Part shown: positions 16,067 through 24,274 of the stretch, piece after piece | Position numbering within the stretch: position 1 is the first letter of the stretch | Layout of the letters: each line of letters starts with the position of its first letter | Source of the DNA: an uncultured Acidobacteriota bacterium | Lineage (GTDB): Bacteria; Acidobacteriota; Thermoanaerobaculia; Multivoradales; Multivoraceae | DNA length: 64,000 nucleotides | Direction: 5' to 3' | Assembly (NCBI GenBank): GCA_963851415.1 | Contig: CAWKPF010000002.1 | Location: 4,438,239-4,502,238 of the forward strand | Notes under the pieces: generated by a model | The model's input: only the letters and a program-made list of their open reading frames with translations | Told to the model about the DNA's origin: nothing | Databases searched by the model: none | Made by a program: the position numbers and the translations under genes

Positions 16067-17830
16067 TCAACTTCCGACCGTCAAGCCCGTGCGCAAGAAC
16101 GAATGGCGCTGGCCGATCTCGTCGCGGATCCCGACGGCGATGTCCTGATAGCCCTCTTCGAGGGTGAGCGGCAGGTTCTTGACCAGGGGCTTGCCGACCA
16201 TCTGGTCGAGCATCTCGATCGGGATGTTCAGGTCGAGCGGGATCTCCTTGACGTCGGAGATCTCGTCGTTCTCGGCTTTGGCCGCAAACCAGACACGCAG
16301 TCGCGCGATGTGCGCAGTCTCTGCAGGAAGCAGGGTCAGACTGTCGAACGGGATCACGATGCGAAAGGGCACGGAGTACAGACCGTTCGGCTGAGGCTCG
16401 GGCTCGCCGAAGGCCAGCCTGATGTCGAGCGGATTGTCCTGGATGCCCAGGTTGAGCGCAGAGAGCGTTCCGTCGTGCATCCGAGTCTCGACGGAGCGGG
16501 ATCGGTAGCCATCCCGGTGGCGGACGGTCCATCCCTTGCCCTTGTCCTCGAGCTTGATCTCGATGCGATGGTAGCGCCCGTCCCCGACGTCGGCGCTGCT
16601 GTAGCCGAGAGAGTAGTAGTTTCGGAAGTCCGTACCGATCCGCTTGAGGTCCGGGAGGAAGCGATTGGTGTTGATGATGGCGCGGCCGCCGGTGCGCTCC
16701 GCCAGGTACTGCACCGTGCTCTGTAGATTGCTGGTGTTGACTCGATCGATCATCGCCCGCTCGCCGGCCTCGCCCTTGATCTCGTAGTCGACCGTTCCCT
16801 GGGAGATCACGGTCAGGCCACGGGCATCGACCGTGTAGAAGCTGACGCGGTTGGCGTTGGCGAGGTCCGCGAGAGCGTCGAACCGCTTGGAGAGGTCGTA
16901 CTCGAAGATCCGGTTCATGGAGAAGTTCTCCTTGAAGATCATCTGCACCTGCTGGAATAGATCTTCCCCCGGCATCATCGGCAGACCCTCGCTGACGTAG
17001 ATCAGCGCCTTGCGACCCGGAGAGGCGGCTAGGTTCTCGACCACGCTGCGCAGGGCGTCGACGGTGAACGAAGTGTCGTTGCGGATCGAGCCGGCCAGCT
17101 GCTCGGCATACATCTGTCCTTCCTGTGGAGAGTCGGCTTCTTCGATTCTCCTCAGGACGTCGATGCGCTCGCGGTCGAGGTGGATGCGTTGCGCAGAGAT
17201 CTCCTCGATCTCGAGCAGTGCGCGTGAAATGTTCTCCGGCCGCGCGGTGAAGGGGTGGCGCATGTGCAGCGCTCGATCGTAGGTCGCGAGCATGACCTCG
17301 TCCTCGGGACTCAGCTCCTGGCGTAGGAATTGCCGAAGCTCTCTCAGGACCTGGTTGCGCTTGAACGGGGTCAGGTTGTAGTTGTCGATGTAGATGACCA
17401 CATGCAGCCGCTGGCTGGCCGGTGTCGTGGCCTCTCCGAGACCGGGAGAGCGATCCGGCAGATTCGCTGCCGTGTCCGTCTGCGCATTCGGCGCCACATC
17501 GGCATCTTCGGCCGTTTCGCCGATCTCCAGCTTCTGAGACTCCTCCGCGACGGCGTAGAAGTTGCTGATCGCGGCCGGCTTGCCATCGACGAACAGTTTG
17601 AAGTCGTCCGAGGTGAGGCCGGTGACCGGGTTGCCGTCCTTGTCCCGCACGTAGACGTCGACGTTCACCACCTCGACGTTCATCGTGTCGGTGAACACGG
17701 TCGGCGTTCGCGGTGGCGCGGTGTCCTGCGGCTCCTGAGCCTCCTGAGACTGTCGCGCACTGGCTCCGGGCACGAGCACGCAGATGAAGGCGAGCCACGA
17801 CGTGAGTCGAAAGAAGGTTCGGTGATTCAT
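16067..17830 (-). CDS. Secreted VWA domain protein, TIGR03436-like, paralog 3 (convergent with paralog 2).
   Basis: ATG at 17830 followed by the signal peptide MNHRTFFRLTSWLAFICVLVPGASA. Blocks NVEVVNVDVYVRDKDGNPVTGLTSDDFKLFVD, LHVVIYIDNYN and ALIYVSEGLPMMPG match the same family architecture. The ORF-track extension to 18211 lacks a signal peptide and is rejected. Confidence 0.82.
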   Translation of the reverse strand: MNHRTFFRLTSWLAFICVLVPGASARQSQEAQEPQDTAPPRTPTVFTDTMNVEVVNVDVYVRDKDGNPVTGLTSDDFKLFVDGKPAAISNFYAVAEESQKLEIGETAEDADVAPNAQTDTAANLPDRSPGLGEATTPASQRLHVVIYIDNYNLTPFKRNQVLRELRQFLRQELSPEDEVMLATYDRALHMRHPFTARPENISRALLEIEEISAQRIHLDRERIDVLRRIEEADSPQEGQMYAEQLAGSIRNDTSFTVDALRSVVENLAASPGRKALIYVSEGLPMMPGEDLFQQVQMIFKENFSMNRIFEYDLSKRFDALADLANANRVSFYTVDARGLTVISQGTVDYEIKGEAGERAMIDRVNTSNLQSTVQYLAERTGGRAIINTNRFLPDLKRIGTDFRNYYSLGYSSADVGDGRYHRIEIKLEDKGKGWTVRHRDGYRSRSVETRMHDGTLSALNLGIQDNPLDIRLAFGEPEPQPNGLYSVPFRIVIPFDSLTLLPAETAHIARLRVWFAAKAENDEISDVKEIPLDLNIPIEMLDQMVGKPLVKNLPLTLEEGYQDIAVGIRDEIGQRHSFLRTGLTVGS

Positions 17831-17988
17831 GTTCGGTATCCCCGGAGGGGCTGAAGGCGGCGTTGAAACGGCGAGAAAGGACGCAGTCGGAGATGATAAC
17901 AGGGCTTCCCCGGTGCGGTTCCGCGTGGAGCGAGTCGCAGGGTCGGTAACGCGGACGCGGTGGTGCCGAATTCCCTGCGCCGGTCTCG

Positions 17989-18095
17989 GGGAGCCCAAGG
18001 AGCTTCGGGGACAGAGGGCCTCGGGGACAGAGGGCTTCGGGGACACAGGGCTTCCGGGACAGGGCTTCGCTGGACGCAGGACTTCCGGGACGACC
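17989..18095. repeat. Degenerate tandem direct repeats (about six copies of a ~16-bp unit GGGGACAGAGGGCTTC) in a divergent promoter region.
   Basis: Read directly: ggggagcccaaggagcttc / ggggacagagggcctc / ggggacagagggcttc / ggggacacagggcttcc / gggacagggcttcgct / ggacgcaggacttcc / gggacg. The array lies between the divergent starts at 17830 (minus) and 18223 (plus). Confidence 0.75.
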
Positions 18096-18222
18096 CCCCC
18101 CGGAATCGCCGGGCAGTCCGCTGGGGTCGGCTCGCTCGCCCCTGCGAGACGAGCTCCTTCAGTGGACTCGCCCCGATCGGTGGCTCTACACTCGCTGCGA
18201 TGTCCTCGCACCGCGCCACGGC

Positions 18223-20308
18223 TTGTCTTGCCACCCTCGGACTTCTCTGGGCAGGAGCTGCGGTCGGCTCCGAGGCGAGCCCTGGCGAGCCGCCCGAGCG
18301 CCGCAACGTGTTGCTGGTGTCCGTCGACACGCTGCGCCCCGATGCCCTCGGCTGCTATGGCTCACCCCGGGCCTCGACCCCGTATATCGACTCGCTGGCG
18401 GCGCGGGGGGTGCGCTTCGAGTGGGCGCTCGCCCCGACTCCGCTGACTCTTCCTTCCCACGCTTCGCTGCTCACCGGGCGGGAGCCTCCCGGTCACGGCC
18501 TGAGGGACAACAGCGGCTTTCTGCTGGCCGACGGGGTGGAGACCCTGGCCGGGGCGCTCCAGAAAGGTGGCTATGCGACCGGAGCGTTCGTGGCGGCTCT
18601 CCCCCTCGACTCTCAGTTCGGGCTCGACCGCGGCTTCGATCACTACGACGATCGGCTCACGGGATCCACGCGGCTGCGTGCCGCCACCGCGATGGCGGAG
18701 CGCGGAGCCGAAGAGGTGGCCGATGCCACGATCGGTTGGCTCGAGCTCCAGCAGGACTCCCGTTGGTTCGCCTGGGTGCACTTCTACGATCCCCATGCGC
18801 CCTACGATCCTCCCGAGCGTTTCGCCGCGAGCGGGGACCGCACGGCCTACGCGGGGGAGGTGAGCTACGTCGACGAGCAGATCGGCCGGTTGCTCGCATG
18901 GCTCACGAAGCGCCAGTGGCTGAACGAGACCCTGGTGGTCTTGACCGCCGATCACGGTGAGAGTCTGGGTGAGCATGGCGAGCTCACCCACGGCATCTTC
19001 GCCTACGAGAGCACCCTGCGGGTGCCGCTGATCTTCGCGCCCTTCGACACCAGGGTCGAGGAGCGGCGGGTGCGCCTGATCGATCTGGCGCCGACCATTC
19101 TCGATCTGCAGGGGCTGTCGTTCGACGAGGGAGTCGACGGCGAGTCGCTCGCCCCCTTGCTGCGGGGTGAGTCGGCCGAGGGCCCGCCCTCGCCCAGCTA
19201 CTTCGAGGCCCTCACCATGCACCTGAACATGGGATGGGCACCGCTGCGCGGAATCTACGCCGAGCGTTTCAAGTACATCGAGCTGCCGATTGCAGAGCTC
19301 TACGATCTCGATGTCGATCGAGGAGAATCGAAGAACCTCTGTGTCGAGCCGGCCGCCTGCGAGGCCTGGGGCGAACGACTCGTCGAGCTCGCCGGAGTGC
19401 TCGTGTCCCCTCGGCCCGAAGTCGGTGTCGATCCTCAGATGCAGGCACAGCTCGAGGCTCTGGGCTATGTAGCAGGGGGATCTTCCGGAGAGCATCGACG
19501 CTACGGCCCCGGAGACGATCCCAAGCGGCTGGTCGGACTGTGGAACCGCGTGAACGCGGCGGTGGCGGCGCACCAACAAGGGCGACACGAATCGGCGCTC
19601 GCCGAGCTCGCCGCGGTGGCCGCCGAACGGCCGTCGATGCCGTTGGCCTACCTCAAGAGAGCGGCCATCCAGGACGAGCTCGGTCAGCTGGACGCGGCGA
19701 TCGCCACGCTCGAGCAGGCGGTGAGCGAGGGTGCGGGAGGCGTTTTCGTCGAGCGGGAGCTCGGCCTGCTGTTGGTGCGCAAGGGACGCGTCGACGAGGC
19801 GGTTCGGCATCTGCAGCGTGCCGAGCAGGAGGGGCCGGATCGGCTCGACGTCCTCGATGCCCTCGCCTCGGCCTATCTGGCCGCGGGCCAGTCCGAGCTG
19901 GCCGAGCGAACCTATCGCCGGGCCCTCTCGATCGACGACTCGTCCGTGCGGCTCCATCTTCAGCTGGGTACGTTGCTGATGCTCATCGATCGGGTCGAGG
20001 AGGCGGTCGATGCCTTTCGAAGCGCCGTGAACCACGGTCCGGACGTGGCGCAGGCACATACCGGACTCGGACTGGCTCTGGCGAGCTCGGGTCGTAGGGA
20101 CGAGGCGATGTCCAGTTGGCAGCGTGCGCTCGAGCTGGATCGCTCCGAACTGAGCGCGATGCTGCAGCTCGGCTTCGCCTATCTGGAGCGAGGAGACCGT
20201 GCGAGAGCGACTCCGCTCCTCGAGGAGTTTCTCGAGAGCGCCCCCCCGGAGCGCTATGCGCGCGAGATCGAGCTGGTGCGCTCGACGCTCGGACGCGCCG
20301 GCGGCTGA
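18223..20308 (+). CDS. Secreted sulfatase-fold (alkaline-phosphatase superfamily) enzyme fused to C-terminal TPR repeats (paralog of 1..1757).
   Basis: ATG at 18223. Signal peptide MSSHRATACLATLGLLWAGAAVG. Sulfatase-family blocks NVLLVSVDTLRPDALGCYG, LTADHGESLGEHGELTHGIFAYESTLRVPLIF and RFKYIELPIAELYDLDVDRGESKN. The C-terminal ~230 aa are TPR-like (LAYLKRAAIQDELGQLDAAIATLEQA..., AHTGLGLALASSGRRDEAMSSWQRALELD). The longer ORF-track start at 17960 gives an R-rich extension without a signal peptide and is rejected. Confidence 0.88.
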
Positions 20309-20415
20309 GCCCTCGTGACGGGAGCCGACCGCCCGCGTGCGAGTAGCGTAGAGTTGCTGCCTGGCTGCCACCGAGCGCTCGAGCTCCCCGCCGTCCTCTC
20401 TTCGGGGTCATTCCT

Positions 20416-21732
20416 GTGGAACAGACACTTGCTTTCGTCACCTTGTTTCTGGGGCTGGTCACCGGCTCTCAAGAGATCGAGCTGTTGGTCGGGGAGGGCG
20501 TCGTGGCCGTCGAGCTCCGGTTGGACGGCGAGCTCTGCGATCGGCTCGAGGCTCCGCCGTGGGTCGCAGAGTGTGACTTCGGTGCCACCCTCGAGCCCCA
20601 TCACCTCGAGGCGGTCGCCTGGGACGCGTCGAGTCTGGAAGTGGCCCGCACCGATCAGTGGCTGAACCTCCCGCGGCCCTCGGCCGAGGCGAAGCTGATC
20701 GTGGAGCCGGGCCGCGCCGGGGTGCCGGGGCTGGTGCGCCTGACCTGGCAGAGTCTCACCAGTGTCAGCCCGCAGCGGATCTCGGTCGAGCTCGACGGAA
20801 GCGAGTTGGATGTCCGAGACCCGAGCGCGATTCCCCTGCCGCCTCTCGACATGGATCAACTGCACTTCCTGCGAGCCGAGCTGGACTTCGCGGAGAACGT
20901 CAGCGCCGTGGCCGAGGCGACCTTCGGTGGCTTCTATGCCGAAGATGTGGCCACGGAGTTGACTGCTGTGCCCGTCGTGCTCGAGCGCGGCCGCCTGGGC
21001 GACCCGGTCGAGATGCAGGGCTGGTTTCGTCATCTCGGCATCGAGTCTCGTGTCGCGGCGACCGAGAAGGGGGTCGCCGACGTGGTGGTCGTGCGGTCGG
21101 CGAGCGCGGCGTCCGCACTGGCCCAGATGCTGAGCCGCGAGGCGGAGTCGAGGTCCTACCGGAGGAGCGCGAGCTCGCGGAGCACTCGTTTCGTGCACGC
21201 TCTTTCGGGGGACATGCGAATCCAATTCATCTGGCCCCATCCCGAGCGGCGGCAACAGCGGGATCAGGTCTACGAGCTCTTTCCGCGCTCTCAGGAGCTC
21301 GGCCCGGACGATGGCGGTTGGCTGTGGCTGCTCGGCCGCACCCGTCAGCCCTCCTATGCGCCCGAAAGGGAGCGCCTCTGCGATGCGGTGGCGGTGGCGG
21401 GGCTCAATGCCGGGCGACGCGATCGGCGTCGAGTGGTCGTGGCCATTCTCGGTGAAGGCACCGAGGACGCCAGCCAGATGCCGCCCGAAATGGTGCGGGG
21501 GTACCTGTCTTCGATCCGGGTTCCTCTGTTTGTCTGGACCTTCGGCGAGTCGGCCGACGCGAACGAGTGGGGAGAGGTCGAGCAGATCCGCAACCGGGCC
21601 GATCTCGGCCGGGCGATCCGACGTGTCTCGAAGGCAGTGGGCCAGCAGCGGATCGTCTGGCTCGACGGACGGCTGCTGCCCCAGCACGTCCAGTTGACCG
21701 AGCAGGCCAGCGGGGTCCGGCTTGTCCCTTGA
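20416..21732 (+). CDS. Hypothetical secreted protein (no recognisable catalytic motif).
   Basis: GTG start followed by a hydrophobic N-terminus (EQTLAFVTLFLGLVTGSQE). Codon and amino-acid usage are coherent over 438 aa. It ends 14 nt before the next gene. Confidence 0.6.
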   Translation: MEQTLAFVTLFLGLVTGSQEIELLVGEGVVAVELRLDGELCDRLEAPPWVAECDFGATLEPHHLEAVAWDASSLEVARTDQWLNLPRPSAEAKLIVEPGRAGVPGLVRLTWQSLTSVSPQRISVELDGSELDVRDPSAIPLPPLDMDQLHFLRAELDFAENVSAVAEATFGGFYAEDVATELTAVPVVLERGRLGDPVEMQGWFRHLGIESRVAATEKGVADVVVVRSASAASALAQMLSREAESRSYRRSASSRSTRFVHALSGDMRIQFIWPHPERRQQRDQVYELFPRSQELGPDDGGWLWLLGRTRQPSYAPERERLCDAVAVAGLNAGRRDRRRVVVAILGEGTEDASQMPPEMVRGYLSSIRVPLFVWTFGESADANEWGEVEQIRNRADLGRAIRRVSKAVGQQRIVWLDGRLLPQHVQLTEQASGVRLVP

Positions 21733-21745
21733 GGGCGGGCCTCGG

Positions 21746-23041
21746 ATGGTGGCCCTCCTCGTGTCGGGAGCTCTCGGTGCCGTCGCTGCACAGGGCACGC
21801 TCGCGCAGGCGGTCGTGCCTCGGGCCGGCGAGCCGCAAGAGTCGCCCACCGACCGACCCGTGCTCGGAGCCCGCTCGACGCTGAAGATCGAGGACGAGAG
21901 CAGGGTAGCGCTCGCCGCGGGAACCTCCCTGCACGACTCGCCCAGCGAGTGGTCCACGATCCTGGCTCGCCTGGAGGTCGGACGCGAGCTCTCCGTTCTC
22001 GAGCGGAGACCGGGTTGGCTGCTGGTGCGCTACGAGGACCTCCGGGCCTGGGTTCGAGACCCGGAGACCTCGGCTGTGAGGCAACAGCCGGAGACCGAGA
22101 TTCCGGCGGAGCTCTGGCGGCAGCTGGCACCGAGCCCCGAACGACTGTCGCGGGCCGCCGAGCTCCTCGGCTCCCCGGCCGAGCGGGAGCTCGGTGCCTA
22201 CCGATTGCTCACCGATCTCGACCCGGGCCGCGGACGCGACGATCGGTTGCTGGCACGGCTGGGTCGCCTCGCCGAGGAGGTGGAGAGAGTGTTTCGAGAG
22301 CGCTACGCAGTGCCCCTTGCCGAGCCGCCGGAGCCGCAGTTGATCGTGCTCCTGCGACGCAAGCGGACCTACCGCGAGTTCGTGGCCCAGGAGGGTTCGA
22401 TCGCAGGGGCGCCCAGCGTCGGCCACGCGAGTCCCGGAATGATGGTACTGGCCACCGAGGGTCTCGACGAAGAGGAGCTCGCTGCCACCTTCGTCCACGA
22501 GCTCGTTCACCTGCTCAATCAACGAGCCTTCCTGCGCGAGCTCGCGCCCTGGCTCGAGGAGGGTCTGGCGGAGGATCTCGGTCTGGCACGAGTCTCGGAG
22601 AGTGGGAGCGTCGACGTGGCTTCCTTGCGCGGCTCCGCGACGCTGCACAGCGGCCGCACACGTGACGACCGTGGCGAGGAGGTGTACTTCCAGGAGCTGG
22701 TGGTGCGCGGGCCTCGACTGGTGCTCGGGCGAGTGATCGAGCGCTGGCACCGGAGTGGGGGACCCGATCTGGTGGCCCTGCTCGAGCTGCCGTGGAGCGA
22801 GTTCGCTCTCGGATCGGAGTGGGACCTGAACTACATCGAGAGTGCATTCCTGGTGCGCTATCTCCTCGATGCGCAGGAGGAGCGATTCAGAGACGGGGCG
22901 CGGGCGTTCTTGCGTGCCGTGCGCCTGGGCGGACCGAGTGATGCACCGGCCCTGACCCGGTACCTCAGGGTCTCGGTGGAGGAGCTCGAGGAGGGATTCG
23001 CGGCGTGGTGCGCGTTTCAGGGCGTCGAGCCCAACGGATAG
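21746..23041 (+). CDS. Secreted protein with SH3b-like N-terminal domain and HExxH...E (gluzincin-like) putative zinc metallopeptidase motif.
   Basis: ATG at 21746 followed by a signal peptide (MVALLVSGALGAVAAQG). SH3b-like block ELSVLERRPGWLLVRYEDLRAWV. HExxH motif FVHELVHLL, with EEGLAE about 15 residues downstream as a candidate third zinc ligand. Confidence 0.7.
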   Translation: MVALLVSGALGAVAAQGTLAQAVVPRAGEPQESPTDRPVLGARSTLKIEDESRVALAAGTSLHDSPSEWSTILARLEVGRELSVLERRPGWLLVRYEDLRAWVRDPETSAVRQQPETEIPAELWRQLAPSPERLSRAAELLGSPAERELGAYRLLTDLDPGRGRDDRLLARLGRLAEEVERVFRERYAVPLAEPPEPQLIVLLRRKRTYREFVAQEGSIAGAPSVGHASPGMMVLATEGLDEEELAATFVHELVHLLNQRAFLRELAPWLEEGLAEDLGLARVSESGSVDVASLRGSATLHSGRTRDDRGEEVYFQELVVRGPRLVLGRVIERWHRSGGPDLVALLELPWSEFALGSEWDLNYIESAFLVRYLLDAQEERFRDGARAFLRAVRLGGPSDAPALTRYLRVSVEELEEGFAAWCAFQGVEPNG

Positions 23042-23050
23042 AGTCGCGGT

Positions 23051-24274
23051 GTGAACGACGAGCCCAGTCTGCCCGCTGCTTTGCGCCGTTCGCACGGCAG
23101 CCTCGGATCTCCTGATCTTCTCACCGCCGAGCAGAGGGCGCTGCGCGAGACCGTACGGCGGGTCTGCTCGCAGTTCGACGACCGGTACTGGCTCGAGCTC
23201 GAGGGCGCGGCGCGATTTCCGCACGAGTTTCACGCCGCCATGGCGGAGTCGGGCTGCCTCGGAGTGGCCATGCCCGAGCGCTACGGTGGGGTCGGCCTGG
23301 GTATGACCGAGGCCGCGATCGTGATGCACACGGTGGCTCACTCTGCCGGCGCGATGGCGGCTGCCTCGTCGATCCACATGAATATCTTCGGTCCCAACAC
23401 CCTGGTGCGCTTCGGCACCGACGAGCAGTGCAGCCGCTGGCTTCCCGACCTGATCGAAGGGCGGGTCAAGTCGTGTTTCGGAGTGACCGAAGCCAATGCC
23501 GGCCTCGACACGACGAGCATCGAGACGCGGGCCGAACGCACGGGCAGGAGCTATCTTCTGCACGGGACCAAGATCTGGACCTCGACCGCCCAGGTTGCCG
23601 ACAAGATCCTGATCCTGGTACGCACGACACCGAAGGCCGAAGCGAAGAGCCCCACCGATGGCCTGACACTGTTCTACACCGATCTCGACCGCTCCAAGGT
23701 GCAGGTGCGAGAGATCGCGAAGATGGGCCGCGCCGCTGTGGACTCCAACGAGCTCTTCATCGACGGTCTGGAGGTGCCGGTCGAAGATCGCATCGGAACC
23801 GAGGGGGAGGGCTTTCGCTATCTGCTGCACAGTCTCAATCCGGAGCGGATCCTGATCGGCATGGAGGCGGTGGGAGTCGGCCAGCAGGCGATCGAGCGGG
23901 CCAGCGCGTACGCGCGAGAGCGTGTCGTGTTCGGCCGCCCGATCGGCCAGAACCAGGGGGTCCAGCATCCCCTAGCGGAAAGCTGGATGCAGCTCGAAGC
24001 GGCCTACGGCATGGGCCTGCGAGCTGCGGCACTCTACGACGCCGGCGAGACGTGCGGGCCGTATGCGAACTCGGCGAAGTTCCTCGGCTCGGAGGCAGCT
24101 TTCGAAGCCTGCACCCGGGCGGTGATGACCTTTGGCGGGATGGGCTACGCCAAAGAGCAGCACGTCGAGCGGTTGCTGCGCGAGGTGATGCTGACCAAGC
24201 TGGCTCCGGTGAGTCAGCAGCTGGTGCTCTGCTTCGTGGCCGAGAAGGTGCTCGGGTTGCCCAAGAGCTACTAG
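23051..24274 (+). CDS. Acyl-CoA dehydrogenase family protein.
   Basis: ACAD-family sequence throughout (CFGVTEANAGLDTTSIET, KIWTSTAQVADKILILV, GGMGYAKEQHVERLLREVMLTKL). GTG start. Confidence 0.88.
   Translation: MNDEPSLPAALRRSHGSLGSPDLLTAEQRALRETVRRVCSQFDDRYWLELEGAARFPHEFHAAMAESGCLGVAMPERYGGVGLGMTEAAIVMHTVAHSAGAMAAASSIHMNIFGPNTLVRFGTDEQCSRWLPDLIEGRVKSCFGVTEANAGLDTTSIETRAERTGRSYLLHGTKIWTSTAQVADKILILVRTTPKAEAKSPTDGLTLFYTDLDRSKVQVREIAKMGRAAVDSNELFIDGLEVPVEDRIGTEGEGFRYLLHSLNPERILIGMEAVGVGQQAIERASAYARERVVFGRPIGQNQGVQHPLAESWMQLEAAYGMGLRAAALYDAGETCGPYANSAKFLGSEAAFEACTRAVMTFGGMGYAKEQHVERLLREVMLTKLAPVSQQLVLCFVAEKVLGLPKSY

Noticed and set aside
17989-18095. Possible CRISPR array (the direct repeats)
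   Set aside because: The repeat units are about 16 bp, degenerate, and abut each other with no unique spacers. There are no cas genes in the window.
18362-20371. 669-aa minus-strand ORF and 18223..18960 / 19234..20097 plus-strand alternative-frame ORFs
   Set aside because: They overlap the sulfatase-fold/TPR gene. Only the 18223..20308 frame carries sulfatase and TPR motifs.
20254-23968. Long minus-strand ORFs 20254..21957 (567 aa) and 21404..23968 (854 aa)
   Set aside because: They are antisense to the hypothetical/SH3b-HExxH/ACAD genes. The products are R/P/G-rich with no motifs. The ACAD frame on the plus strand is unambiguous.
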